Shown in pieces: positions 20,600 to 30,766 of a stretch of 64,000 bases of DNA. The notes below the pieces were generated by a model, which did not search any database, had not been told where the DNA came from, and saw only the letters and a list, made by a program, of their open reading frames with translations. The position numbers were made by a program, and so were the translations under genes. Each line of letters starts with the position of its first letter. Position 1 is the stretch's first letter. Source of the DNA: Desulfosporosinus sp. Tol-M (GTDB taxonomy: Bacteria > Bacillota > Desulfitobacteriia > Desulfitobacteriales > Desulfitobacteriaceae); contig JQID01000127.1 in NCBI GenBank assembly GCA_000770645.1, positions 10,194 to 74,193 on the forward strand, read 5' to 3'.

Positions 20600-22160
20600 C
20601 TCAACTTACGCAGTTGACAAAATATACTACCTATGCAGATGCCAATCCTAGTCTACGTTTCATAAATCCTGGAAGTTTGCTCATGAAATCAAGCAAGATC
20701 TTATCAACCATTTTCTTGGAGAGGAAAAGATTCTCACGAATCGTTGACATGAACAAGTTCACGATAAGCAAAAACGCCTCTCTAAACTCTATTGAATTAA
20801 TCTCATCACAGAACTCATAAAACATCCCGCCATGAGCCTTACTGTCTTGATTTTCCCTGGTTTCAACACTTAATAGCATGTAACGGATGGTTACAATAGA
20901 AGTATGAGCAACCATAGAATCATAACTTCGACCTTGGTATTCTTTAGCCAGGCCTAAAAAAGACTTACAAACTTTGAAGTAAACCTCAATGTCCCAGCGT
21001 AGCCCGTAAATTCTAATGATCTCCTCTTCCGGTATAGTGATATTCGTCGAAAGTATAGCGAGCCATTCTCTCTTGCAAGTTGAATTGCGGTTTCTCACGA
21101 AGACAATGCGCGCGGGAATTCCGTAATAATCCACTATAATAGAGGCTAGATAGGATGACTTATCAAGACTCTTGTTGTTCAATTGGGCATATAGGTTAGA
21201 AAGTGTATATTTTTTGTGTTGATAAGTGTAAAAAAGAGTTGGCATATCCTTAAGCATACAGATCACATCACGATGATATTCTTTGACGCCTTTAATTACT
21301 TTTGGCCAACTAAACCAACTATCGAAGAGGACGTATTGAAAATCCTTAACACAAGTAAGAATTTCACCAACACTACTAAGCAATACGTCGGTAGCACTTA
21401 GAATCGCTTCCTGACGACGTAATTGCCCTGGACTTCCTATTTGGAACCTCTGGACCTTGCTCATAAAGACGGTTTTTTGCCTTAGACGAACTCAAAAGAG
21501 CAAAGATTAAAGGAATGAATGTTGCCCCATCTGTCCACCCTACCGTTAGTTTGCGAAAACCTTTAAAGTACCGGTTAGTCGTATGATCTTTGACGAGAGC
21601 GAGAAGTTCAACTTTCTTACTTCGATCCCGATAATAAGCGCTATCATCAACAATTAGGGCACAAATACGCTTGTCACTTGTTAAATGTTTTAGGAAATCA
21701 ATAATAGTTGCACCTAGTTTAAGAACCAGATAACGCCAATTAGAGTTGGGATTATTGAGCAGTCGATAGACAGTGTCTCTCTTGAAAGGGGCATCGTCAC
21801 CAGCACAGCGCAAAAACTCATATAAGTTTTTTTGAGTAAAGATCAAGGTGATGACGAAAAGAACGAGTTCAAATAATTTCACACCTTTTTCCTTGGAAAA
21901 CCTGAGGCTTTCAGAGAACTGACTAAGTTAAAACGTTGAGAAAAGGCCATCAAACGAGATTGAACCTGGATTTTTTCTTGTAAATCAACTAGAATGGAGG
22001 ACAAGCGAAACACCTAACCTTTCATATAGAATTGTGGTTTAGCAACTTAATTCTATCAAAAAAGAGGGTGTTTTGCTATTAATTTTGTAACCTTTAAATT
22101 TATCATACGTATAAGTAGTTAGTCAACGATAAATTTGGAATCCTTCCTGCGTAAGTTGAG
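20600..22160 (-). mobile_element. IS4-family insertion sequence (ISPepr1-like subgroup), 1561 bp
   Basis: Perfect 14-bp terminal inverted repeats ctcaacttacgcag (20600-20613) / ctgcgtaagttgag (22147-22160); 7-bp target duplication tttatag (20593-20599, 22161-22167); lower GC. Confidence 0.9.
20631..22004 (-). pseudogene. DDE transposase with two frameshifts
   Basis: TTG at 22004 with RBS; frameshifts near 21896 and 21441; IVDDS, VLFDSWF and YGLRWDIEVYFKVCK (YREK) motifs. Confidence 0.85.
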
Positions 22161-22196
22161 TTTATAGAAATTACCAACTATAAAGATTTGAAATAA

Positions 22197-23045
22197 TTAT
22201 TCGGAACTGGAGGAGGAGCCGAGGAGAATTACATGCTGTTCATAAAACGTGTCCTGTGATTTAAGAGACTTTTCCCAACAATGAAGAAGATCAAAACGCC
22301 GTCCCGGGTGGTAGCCCATTAATTTGTGTTTGCCCAGTGATCTGGTCGGAGACTTATTTTGGATGAGTGCTAATCCCATGAGGCAATCCCCAATGATAGT
22401 CTCGGCAATCAGACGGGCATGACGTCGATGCTTTCTCGGAGAGTGAAGTGATTCATGAGGGATGGATGTGGCCACTTTGATGATTAGGTCTAGTTTCTTA
22501 GCCCAATACAAGGTAAGTGGGGGAATCGCAAAGGCTTCGAGAGGAAGTGAATGCATCGCGTGTTGGGAGAGCGCATGAGGCCCGTGGGTGGGTGTTGCAA
22601 GACCCAGGCTTTTAAAGAGATCAAGCTCGCGGTTGAGCTTTGACCGAAAGCTTAAAACGAGACAGGCAAGTTTCTGACGATGAGGAATGTAGGGATAACA
22701 ATTTGTTAAGGCAACATCAATCCCTGATTCAACCGAGGTAATGAGAGTAAGGAGATTTTGATAGATATCCCCGGACATATCTCCATCGACAAAGAGTACC
22801 CCCTTGGCACCTATATGACGTGCATAGAGTGCTCCGATCGCTCGCGGTATATCAATCCCTAAGGGGTCAGAAAAATAAAGGATATGAATCCGAGTATCCG
22901 GGATTGATTGGGCAAGTTGGAATGTTCGGTCCGTGCAACCATTGAGAACCAAAATGATGTAACTGACGGGAAGGCGTAAAATGGTGGTCATAGTTGCCAA
23001 GATGCTCTTTTCTTCATTTTTGGCTGGAATGACTACTGCGAACAT
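22197..23045 (-). CDS. Glycosyltransferase family 2 protein
   Basis: VVIPAKNEE, VLNGCTD, FVDGD; ATG at 23045 after aggggg. Confidence 0.8.
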   Translation of the reverse strand: MFAVVIPAKNEEKSILATMTTILRLPVSYIILVLNGCTDRTFQLAQSIPDTRIHILYFSDPLGIDIPRAIGALYARHIGAKGVLFVDGDMSGDIYQNLLTLITSVESGIDVALTNCYPYIPHRQKLACLVLSFRSKLNRELDLFKSLGLATPTHGPHALSQHAMHSLPLEAFAIPPLTLYWAKKLDLIIKVATSIPHESLHSPRKHRRHARLIAETIIGDCLMGLALIQNKSPTRSLGKHKLMGYHPGRRFDLLHCWEKSLKSQDTFYEQHVILLGSSSSSE

Positions 23046-23070
23046 CTTTGAGTACCCCCTTTTATTCATG

Positions 23071-23279
23071 GGTCGAAATTCGATATTCGAAGTTTGAGCC
23101 ATGAATAACGAATAAACTTATAATAATATATGCCGTTTGAGGAGGTTCGACATAGTATATAAGGGTATAGAAAACTTATTTCTTCCGAAGTTAAATAAAA
23201 GTTATCTGGGGGCGGAATGCGAGGTTCGAGGCCCAAAATCCGAACATAGAATCTCGAACTTCGTACTTCGAACCTCGAT
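23071..23279. repeat. Two heptamer arrays in the divergent GT2/yabG intergenic region
   Basis: gtcgaaa ttcgata ttcgaag tttgag (23071-23100) and gcgagg ttcgagg ... ctcgaac ttcgtac ttcgaac ctcga (23213-23279). Confidence 0.75.
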
Positions 23280-23293
23280 AAGGGGGTCAGGCT

Positions 23294-24130
23294 ATGTTTC
23301 AAGTCGGTGATATTGTTGCACGGTTCTCACATCGACAGGATCTTTTCTTCCGCGTTGATCAGATACATGCAAATTTAAAAGGCGAAGGATTGGCGATTCT
23401 CAAAGGGCTTAATTTAAGGTTACTAGCAGATGCACCAATTTCCGACCTTATTGCGAAGAGTCCGGTTGAGGTTGCCAATTATGAGCGTGAGGATAATAAG
23501 ATGATTTATCAAAAATTACACAAATTGACCAGTCAAAGAAAAGCCGATGTAGACGATAAAAATGAGTTTTTTGAGATCCCTGGACGGGTGTTGCAGCTTG
23601 ATGGCGACCAGGATTATTTAAGCCAATGTATTAAGACATATAAGCAAATGGGAATCGAAGCCAAGGGGATTTGTAAATCCGAGATGGAACAACCAAAAGT
23701 TATCCGTAAAATTTTACAGGAAAATCCGACAGACATCCTGGTTTTGACGGGTCATGACGGATTTATTAGTGGGAAAAAAGATTTTCATAGTATGGATAGT
23801 TATCGCAGTTCACGCTATTTTGTGGAGTCTGTTCTGGAAGCCCGGCGTTTTCAGCATAACAGGGATGCGCTGGTGATCTTTGCGGGAGCTTGCCAATCTA
23901 ACTATGAAGCCATTCTATCAGCAGGGGCAAATTTCGCTTCATCACCAAAACGCATGCTTATCCATGCCTTTGATCCTGTTTTTGTCGTGGAGAGAATTGC
24001 TTTTACCCCTATGGAGCAAATAGTATCGGTGAAGAATATTCTTACTCATACAATAACGGGGACGGATGGGGTTGGGGGGATTGAGACGCGAGGCCAAATG
24101 CGGAGGGGGTATCCCAGGAGCCCTTATTAA
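23294..24130 (+). CDS. yabG: Sporulation peptidase YabG
   Basis: GDIVAR.SH..D, RLLADAP, DILVLTGHDG, FAGACQS, GANFASSP. Confidence 0.95.
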   Translation: MFQVGDIVARFSHRQDLFFRVDQIHANLKGEGLAILKGLNLRLLADAPISDLIAKSPVEVANYEREDNKMIYQKLHKLTSQRKADVDDKNEFFEIPGRVLQLDGDQDYLSQCIKTYKQMGIEAKGICKSEMEQPKVIRKILQENPTDILVLTGHDGFISGKKDFHSMDSYRSSRYFVESVLEARRFQHNRDALVIFAGACQSNYEAILSAGANFASSPKRMLIHAFDPVFVVERIAFTPMEQIVSVKNILTHTITGTDGVGGIETRGQMRRGYPRSPY

Positions 24131-24228
24131 GTAAGGTGATTCACGAATCGCTCCTAACTCAATTTGTTTGGGGGACAGTCTATTTAACACACATTAACGA
24201 GTGCCAAATGGGCCGTCCCCCAAACACC

Positions 24229-24567
24229 TTAACGTAAAATATTTACGGGGGTTCCAATTTTGACGCGTTGAAAAAGGCTTTCGGCGTCATGGTTATGCAT
24301 GCGGATACATCCTTTGGACACGGCTTGGCCGATACTAGCCGGGTTATTAGTTCCATGGATCCCATAACCTGGGATAGTGAGCCCCATCCAGCGACTACCA
24401 AAGACACCACCTGGAGAGACTGTTTTAGTGGCAATAGAGTAGTGACCGTTAGGGGTAGGGGTTGCGCTCTTGCCAACTGCAATTGGATAAGACTGGATAA
24501 GCCGGTTTCCTTCATAAAGCTCGAGTCTACGACGGGCGGTATGAATGACAATTGAACGATTGGGCAC
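24229..24567 (-). CDS. Stand-alone L,D-transpeptidase (YkuD domain)
   Basis: YPIAVGK..TPTP.G, YGIHGTNNPASIGQAVSKGCIRMHN. Confidence 0.9.
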   Translation of the reverse strand: MPNRSIVIHTARRRLELYEGNRLIQSYPIAVGKSATPTPNGHYSIATKTVSPGGVFGSRWMGLTIPGYGIHGTNNPASIGQAVSKGCIRMHNHDAESLFQRVKIGTPVNILR

Positions 24568-24760
24568 TGGCCTGGCCTCCTTTCTTAGATAATTAGGTTC
24601 TATCTCATGGTATGTTAGTGATTTCTGGATGTTCTTTGCATAATTTAGCCCATTTCAGGAAGAGAATATAGGGAGCTTGCTTCCGATGGAGTTTTTTCCA
24701 TTGGAAATTAGTTGAGCATATTCAGGGACGCAAAGCGCAAAGTAATATTCGTTGTTCAGT

Positions 24761-24803
24761 GTTCGAACCTCGAACCTCGAACCTCGAACCTCGAATTTCG
24801 AAA
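24761..24803. repeat. Heptamer array (ctcgaac)n just upstream of the cphB RBS
   Basis: ttcgaac ctcgaac ctcgaac ctcgaac ctcgaat ttcgaaa. Confidence 0.85.
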
Positions 24804-24816
24804 TGGAGGGATCAGA

Positions 24817-25617
24817 TTGGCTGAACATGTGGAAGGGAAGCTGCTTATTATTGGTGGGGCAGAAGATAAATTGGGAGAGTGCAAAATCCTGAAGCGGTTT
24901 GTTCAGGAGTCAGGCGGAAGGGAAAGCCATATTACGGTCCTGACAGCTGCGACAGAATACCCGCGCCAGTTAGGGGTTGAGTACCATGCTTTATTTCTGG
25001 AACTAGGAGCCCAGGAGGTACAAGTCCTCGATGTTTCAGACCGTACCCAGGCTAATACACAAGGGACCTTTCAGCAATTCGAAAAATCAACCGGGGTTTT
25101 TTTCACCGGAGGCGACCAACTTCGGATTACCGGTTTGCTAGGGGGTACGTTACTCGGACGAATGCTCCAACAGCTTTACGAGCAGGGGGTCATTATTGCA
25201 GGAACCAGCGCAGGGGCTTCTGTCATGTCGGATACGATGATTGTCGGGGGGGAAGCGGGAACGGCGAAGAAAAACGTATTAACGATGGCGCCGGGATTGG
25301 GTTTACTTCGCTCCGTTGTGATTGATCAACACTTTGCTCAACGAGGGCGAATCGGCAGACTTCTTTCGGCAGTCTCTCAAAATCCCTATGTTCTTGGTGT
25401 GGGAATTGACGAGGATACAGCAATTTTAGTACAGTCTGATGCGCGGTTTTCGGTGGTTGGAAGCAATACGGTAACCGTAGTAGATGCGTCTCCGTCAACC
25501 ACAACAAATGTTTCGGAAACGATTCCAGGCCAAGCCCTGGTTTTGAGTCCTATTTCAATGCATGTTCTATCCGATGGTTATGGTTTTGATCTAAAACGTC
25601 GGGTATCTCTACTTTAG
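24817..25617 (+). CDS. cphB: Cyanophycinase
   Basis: IIGGAEDK, FTGGDQLR, AGTSAGA, IDQHFAQRGRIGRL; TTG after ggaggg. Confidence 0.95.
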   Translation: MAEHVEGKLLIIGGAEDKLGECKILKRFVQESGGRESHITVLTAATEYPRQLGVEYHALFLELGAQEVQVLDVSDRTQANTQGTFQQFEKSTGVFFTGGDQLRITGLLGGTLLGRMLQQLYEQGVIIAGTSAGASVMSDTMIVGGEAGTAKKNVLTMAPGLGLLRSVVIDQHFAQRGRIGRLLSAVSQNPYVLGVGIDEDTAILVQSDARFSVVGSNTVTVVDASPSTTTNVSETIPGQALVLSPISMHVLSDGYGFDLKRRVSLL

Positions 25618-25713
25618 TCAAATTTATGATTTGACAAGGAATACCAGAAGAATAAAAGGTTAAAACTAGTGTAGTATATTATCCATTGTTACTAAAGGGG
25701 GAACAACAACATA

Positions 25714-28371
25714 ATGGAGATTAGAGAAATCCAAGCGATCGAAGGGGCCAATGCCTACAGCCATCGGCCAATTATTCGGGCGATTGTGGATCTCCAAGAA
25801 TGGACAGAACGATTTAGTAATGAATTGGGAGATTTCGGGCAACGCCTCGTGGAAAATTTACCGACATTGGCTGATCATTATTGTTCACGGGGTAAACTTG
25901 GCGGATTCCTCGAGCGGCTGCAAGAGGGTACCCTGATTGGTCACGTCATAGAACATGTGACCATAGACCTTTTGACACAAGCCGGACAAACCATTAAATA
26001 TGGTAAGACTATGGCTATTTTGGAAGAACCGGGTTGCTATGAAATTATCTTCAACTACGAAGCCAAAGAGGGAGCGGTTGAGGGCTTTAAACAAGCTTTT
26101 TTCTGTGTGAAGGCCCTTTTAAACCAAGAGTCGTTTAATGTTGCACAAGCGGTAAAGCGTATTATTAAGGTGACGGCTGATAATAAATTGGGTGTTTCAA
26201 CACAAGTGATTGTTGAGGCATGTCGGGAACGGGGAATTCCTGTCCAGCGTTTAAATGAAGGCAGCTTATTGCAATTGGGTTATGGGCGGTATCAACGACG
26301 TATCCAGGCAACAATTACGGGTGCGACCTCAAGTATAGGGGTTGACATTGCTTGTGATAAGGAAATGACCAAGAAGATCCTGGACGACGGAGGGGTCCCC
26401 GTACCGTGGGGACATATTGTTAGTACGGAAGAAGAGGCGGTGAGAGCCTTTCGAAATATGAAGACCGTTGTTGTGATTAAGCCCTTGCATGGAAACCAGG
26501 GTAAAGGAGTCACCCTCCAGATAAGGAGCGAGGCAGAAGTTAAAGCTGCATTCAAAGTCGCTCAAACTTATGGCGATTGGGTCATTGTTGAGGAATATAT
26601 TGAGGGTCAGCATTATCGCCTGGTTGTGGTTGGAGAGCGTTTAATTGCTGCTGCAAAACGGATTCCGGCTCACGTAATTGGGGATGGCTTACTGACCATT
26701 TCGGAGCTGGTGGCTCAAACAAATGAGGATCCGCTGCGTGGGGAGGGCCATGAGAAAGCTTTAACTAAACTGAGAATTGACTCTGTGGTACTTTTATCAC
26801 TTACTCAAAGGGGGTTAGAACTATCATCCGTTCCTAAACAAGGAGAAGTGGTATATTTGCGCGACAGCGCAAATTTAAGTACCGGGGGAATCGCAGAGGA
26901 TGTGACAGATCGTGTGCATCCGGATAACATAGATTTAGTAGTCTATGCCTCGAAGCTCATTGGCTTGGATGTTGCAGGGATTGATTTAGTGATTGAAGAT
27001 ATTGAGCAGTCCTATCGCCAAAAAAACGGACATATTATTGAAGTCAATGCGGCACCGGGTATTCGCATGCACCATTTTCCCAGCGTGGGGAAAGCAAGGG
27101 ATGTGGGCAAAGCGATCGTAGAACAAGTGCTTCCTTCGGGAAATGGAAGAATCCCTATCGTTGCGATTACCGGTACGAATGGTAAAACAACCACGGCTCG
27201 CATGATTAGTAAAATCCTTACAGATCAACAGCTTTTGGTGGGTATGTCTTCAACGGATGGGATTTTTATTAATCAAAGATTATGGGTTAAAGGGGATATG
27301 ACCGGACCGGAGAGTGCCAAGATTGTTTTAAGACATCCCGACGTACAGGCGGCGGTTTTAGAAACCGCACGGGGCGGGATTCTGAGAGCTGGTCTGGGGT
27401 ATGAATATGCAGATGTAGCTGTAATTACTAATGTTTCCAATGACCATCTGGGCCAGTATGGCATTGAGACGCTTGAAGATATTGCTCATGTAAAGAGCTT
27501 GGTTGCGGAGGTTGTCAAGCCGCATAGTTATGTGGTTCTGAATGCGGATGACCCTCTTGTCGTCCAAATGGCGAAGCGAACAACGGGGAGAGTCATTTAT
27601 TTTAGCACCGAAAAGGATAATATTTGTGTTCGTAAACACCTGGGTATAGGCGGAACAGCTGTCTTTGTGCGTCGGGGTATGATTGTGCTTTGTCAGGGTT
27701 CAAGAAGTTGTCGGATCTGCTCAGTGAAACAGATTCCTGTGACTTGGGATGGAAAAGCCAAGCATAACATTCAGAATGTCTTGGCAGCGGTCTCAGCAGG
27801 ATGGGCCTTGGGAGTAAACGCTGGGGTAATTAGAAATGCTCTGCAAAACTTCTCCTCGGATGCCGAGCACAACCGTGGGCGCTTAAATCTTTATGAGCTG
27901 AATGGAGTGCGTGTTTTTGTTGACTATGGCCATAATGCTGCCGGGATTCGAGAAGTGGTCAAAACACTTAAACAGTTTAAGTGCGGTTCCCTTGTGGGCT
28001 GTATTACTGTTCCCGGTGATCGGCAGGATGAATCAGTACGTGAAGTGGGTCGTATTGCGGCACAAGGGTTCCAACGTCTAATTATTCGGGAAGACGCTGA
28101 TTTACGTGGTCGTCTTCCAGGGGAAATGGCACAGCTTCTCTATGACGAAGCGCTGCGTTGTGGTAAGAACCCGAACAATATAGAGGTCATTCTTTCAGAA
28201 ATAGAAGCCTTTAGGAGGGGATTGGACAGTTGTGTTTCAGGGGACACTTTCGTGATGTTTTATGAGCATATTGAGCCGATCGAAGAAGAAATACGACTGC
28301 GTTTGGAACTCCAAAAGGCACTAGCCTATGAATCAGCGCAGACAGAATGGGTTGTTGGCGGAGAATTTTAA
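25714..28371 (+). CDS. cphA: Cyanophycin synthetase
   Basis: HVIEHV, ATP-grasp (ANLSTGG, EVNAAPG), GTNGKTTT, LETARGG, DYGHN. Confidence 0.96.
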   Translation: MEIREIQAIEGANAYSHRPIIRAIVDLQEWTERFSNELGDFGQRLVENLPTLADHYCSRGKLGGFLERLQEGTLIGHVIEHVTIDLLTQAGQTIKYGKTMAILEEPGCYEIIFNYEAKEGAVEGFKQAFFCVKALLNQESFNVAQAVKRIIKVTADNKLGVSTQVIVEACRERGIPVQRLNEGSLLQLGYGRYQRRIQATITGATSSIGVDIACDKEMTKKILDDGGVPVPWGHIVSTEEEAVRAFRNMKTVVVIKPLHGNQGKGVTLQIRSEAEVKAAFKVAQTYGDWVIVEEYIEGQHYRLVVVGERLIAAAKRIPAHVIGDGLLTISELVAQTNEDPLRGEGHEKALTKLRIDSVVLLSLTQRGLELSSVPKQGEVVYLRDSANLSTGGIAEDVTDRVHPDNIDLVVYASKLIGLDVAGIDLVIEDIEQSYRQKNGHIIEVNAAPGIRMHHFPSVGKARDVGKAIVEQVLPSGNGRIPIVAITGTNGKTTTARMISKILTDQQLLVGMSSTDGIFINQRLWVKGDMTGPESAKIVLRHPDVQAAVLETARGGILRAGLGYEYADVAVITNVSNDHLGQYGIETLEDIAHVKSLVAEVVKPHSYVVLNADDPLVVQMAKRTTGRVIYFSTEKDNICVRKHLGIGGTAVFVRRGMIVLCQGSRSCRICSVKQIPVTWDGKAKHNIQNVLAAVSAGWALGVNAGVIRNALQNFSSDAEHNRGRLNLYELNGVRVFVDYGHNAAGIREVVKTLKQFKCGSLVGCITVPGDRQDESVREVGRIAAQGFQRLIIREDADLRGRLPGEMAQLLYDEALRCGKNPNNIEVILSEIEAFRRGLDSCVSGDTFVMFYEHIEPIEEEIRLRLELQKALAYESAQTEWVVGGEF

Positions 28372-28412
28372 GAATCGTGGGACGAGGATTAGCTTCGTCC
28401 CATTTATTCTGG

Positions 28413-28450
28413 TCAGACTCCCATGCCGTTGCGCTGCACCATTGAGGAAT
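28413..28450 (+). repeat. Intergenic repeat family A, partial copy
   Basis: tcagactcccatgccgttgcgctgcaccattgaggaat. Confidence 0.75.
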
Positions 28451-28570
28451 CCATGGCTAGCCAAGTTTGCTATATTCGGTAATTTTATCAAAGAGAAGTG
28501 CTGGAACTCTAACCAGAAACATGTATAATAAAAGGGAATGCATCCGTAATGTTCGGAAAGGGCAATGTAA

Positions 28571-29431
28571 ATGGAACATTCTATTCTAACAACGTTCGCC
28601 TACGCCAAAATTAATCTGGCCCTGGCAATTCACGGAATTCGGGAAGATGGGTATCATGAACTTCAAAGTGTCATGCAATCTATCGCTTTACACGATATTG
28701 TCCGGGTCCGGCGTCGTGGCGAGAAGGTTGTATGCCGGTGTGGAGCATTAAGTGGCCCGGAAAATATTGCATATAAGGCAGCGGTGTTGTTCCTCGAACA
28801 AATTGGTCAATTCGAAGGAATTGAAATTGAGATTGTTAAGCATATACCCGTCCAGGCTGGATTAGCTGGAGGGAGCACGGATGCCGCGGCAACGCTTCGT
28901 TTATTAAATCAACTATATGGAGAACCTTTAAGTAGGGAAGCACTCCTAACGCTGGCGATGAGATGTGGTGCAGATGTCGCTTTCTGTTTGAGGGGCGGAA
29001 CGATGTGGGCAACGGGACGGGGAGAACGGCTTGAAGCATTACCCCTAGCTCCGCTGCTGGATCTGGTTTTAGCCAAACCGTTTGCTGGAGTGAACACAAG
29101 GGAAGCTTACCTGCGCTTTGATTTAGTAGGGCAGGGTGGGCGTTTGACGCGAACTGAGTGGGAAAAGGCTTTATCGCAGAATTCGTCGCAGCAGATTGCG
29201 GACTTGCTTTATAATGATTTAGAGTTAGCCTCGGCCCAAATGGTTCCGGAGATTTTGGCGCTTAAGCAAGATTTACTGGAGGCTGAGTGTTACGGGGCCT
29301 TAATGTCCGGAAGTGGTTCTTGTGTATTTGGGATTGCTCAAGGAAAACAGCATGCCAAAGAAGTCGCTGAACGGTTGAAAAGAAAAGGTTTCAAAAACGT
29401 TTTGGTTACAAGAACAGTGAACGAAATATGA
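28571..29431 (+). CDS. ispE: 4-diphosphocytidyl-2-C-methyl-D-erythritol kinase
   Basis: AYAKINLAL, DGYHEL, IPVQAGLAGGSTDAA, MSGSGS. Confidence 0.96.
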   Translation: MEHSILTTFAYAKINLALAIHGIREDGYHELQSVMQSIALHDIVRVRRRGEKVVCRCGALSGPENIAYKAAVLFLEQIGQFEGIEIEIVKHIPVQAGLAGGSTDAAATLRLLNQLYGEPLSREALLTLAMRCGADVAFCLRGGTMWATGRGERLEALPLAPLLDLVLAKPFAGVNTREAYLRFDLVGQGGRLTRTEWEKALSQNSSQQIADLLYNDLELASAQMVPEILALKQDLLEAECYGALMSGSGSCVFGIAQGKQHAKEVAERLKRKGFKNVLVTRTVNEI

Positions 29432-29458
29432 TAAAATTGGATGAATGGGGAGACATTT

Positions 29459-30151
29459 GTGGAGAAACGATTACTACCGGTTATATTCGACGGGTATAAA
29501 CCACTACGGGAGGTTGTTTTTGAGTCCATGCGCGAGGCCATTATGAGTGGGATTCTTGAACCCGGGGAACGGTTGATGGAAATTCAATTGGCCGAAGAAT
29601 TGGGGGTTAGCCGAACCCCAGTACGGGAAGCAATCCGAAAACTGGAACTTGAGAATTTTGTCGTCATGATTCCACGCAAGGGAGCGTATGTTGCTGGGGT
29701 TTCGTTGAAAGATATCGCAGAAGTTTTTGAGATCCGTTCTGCGCTCGAGGGATTGGCTGCAGGTCTTGCGGCTGAACGAATTACGGATGACGAATTGGAA
29801 CAAATGGAACGGGCGTTGTTTTATCGAGCCGATGAGGGAGAGCTGGACATAGAACAGCTTGTGAAGTCTGACACTGATTTCCATGCTTTAGTTTATAAAG
29901 CTAGTCGCAATGTACGGTTGATTCAAATTTTAGCCAATTTACGTGAACAGATTCAACGTTTCCGAACGACTTCGTTGGCCGTTCCGGGGCGCATGAAACA
30001 TGCTATTGACGAACACAGGCGGATTGTTGATGCATTGAGAAATCATGATAGTGAGGAAGCGCAATCCTTGGCGATAGCACATATTGTGAATGCTGAGAAT
30101 GTAATGTTCGGAACTATGAGTTTAAAGAATGTTCCGGATAAGGCGGATTAA
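29459..30151 (+). CDS. GntR-family (FCD) transcriptional regulator
   Basis: YKPLREVVF, LAEELGVSRTPVREA, FCD C-terminus. Confidence 0.92.
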   Translation: MEKRLLPVIFDGYKPLREVVFESMREAIMSGILEPGERLMEIQLAEELGVSRTPVREAIRKLELENFVVMIPRKGAYVAGVSLKDIAEVFEIRSALEGLAAGLAAERITDDELEQMERALFYRADEGELDIEQLVKSDTDFHALVYKASRNVRLIQILANLREQIQRFRTTSLAVPGRMKHAIDEHRRIVDALRNHDSEEAQSLAIAHIVNAENVMFGTMSLKNVPDKAD

Positions 30152-30156
30152 TAATC

Positions 30157-30244
30157 GTGGAGAAGATGAAAAAAGCAGAACGGATGGTGGTCATCACCCA
30201 AGTGTTGAGGGAAGACATCAGTCGTTCCTGTGGTTAGCTTTTAA
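30157..30244 (+). pseudogene. purR: purR remnant (5' and 3' ends fused by a large internal deletion)
   Basis: MEKMKKAERMVVITQVL resembles the Firmicute PurR N-terminus (MKxKRSERL); out-of-frame tail GKTSVVPVVSF*; occupies the purR position between ispE and spoVG. Confidence 0.7.
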
Positions 30245-30269
30245 GTTTTGAAATTTTCCCAAATATAAT

Positions 30270-30296
30270 GCAGGATTTTTTTACCATACAGAGAAT
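30270..30296 (+). promoter_or_regulatory. Sigma-H promoter of spoVG
   Basis: gcAGGAttt...gaGAAT fits the sigma-H consensus; spoVG is a classic sigma-H target. Confidence 0.7.
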
Positions 30297-30351
30297 ATAA
30301 TTATGGACATTATACTTCTCGGTAATGCCAGTTGAAGGGTGGTGATCCATA

Positions 30352-30606
30352 ATGAATATTACCGATGTGCGGGTTCGGAAGATTAACACGGAAGGAAAGA
30401 TGAAGGCAGTGGTCTCCGTGACTTTTGATAATGCTTTCGTCGTCCATGATGTTAAAGTCGTTGAAGGTATGAACGGTATTTTTGTAGCCATGCCTAGCCG
30501 TAAAACGCCAGAAGGGGAATTTCGTGATATCGCCCATCCCATTTCAGCAGCAGCACGGGAGGTGATCCAGACGGCTGTCTTAAAAGCCTATCAAGAAGCC
30601 ATATAA
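30352..30606 (+). CDS. spoVG: Septation/RNA-binding protein SpoVG
   Basis: [10 protein letters not shown]...FVAMPSRK...FRDIAHPI. Confidence 0.98.
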   Translation: MNITDVRVRKINTEGKMKAVVSVTFDNAFVVHDVKVVEGMNGIFVAMPSRKTPEGEFRDIAHPISAAAREVIQTAVLKAYQEAI

Positions 30607-30635
30607 ACGCAGTTATATTTGTTATTGAAATGTTG

Positions 30636-30665
30636 AAGGGGACCTTGCAGATAGGTTCCCTTTTT
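30636..30665 (+). terminator. Terminator after spoVG
   Basis: aaggggacct-tgcagat-aggttcccttttt. Confidence 0.7.
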
Positions 30666-30685
30666 CCATATAAAACTTCGGGATA

Positions 30686-30766
30686 AAGAAAACTTGGCTG
30701 GCGCCAAGCCTCAGCGAAGGCGGCCGCCTAGTTGCACTTATGCTTACCCAAAACTTATACTTTCTG
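30686..30766 (-). repeat. Intergenic repeat family A, 3' module, inverted
   Basis: Reverse complement begins cagaaagtataagttttgggt and ends aagttttctt, as in 45442-45525. Confidence 0.75.

Noticed and set aside
21376-21464. Programmed ribosomal frameshift joining the two transposase ORFs
   Set aside because: IS4-family elements encode one ORF; no slippery heptamer at the junction; a second frameshift exists upstream
14623-24803. Short repeat arrays as CRISPR
   Set aside because: 7-nt tandem units without spacers, and no cas genes in the window
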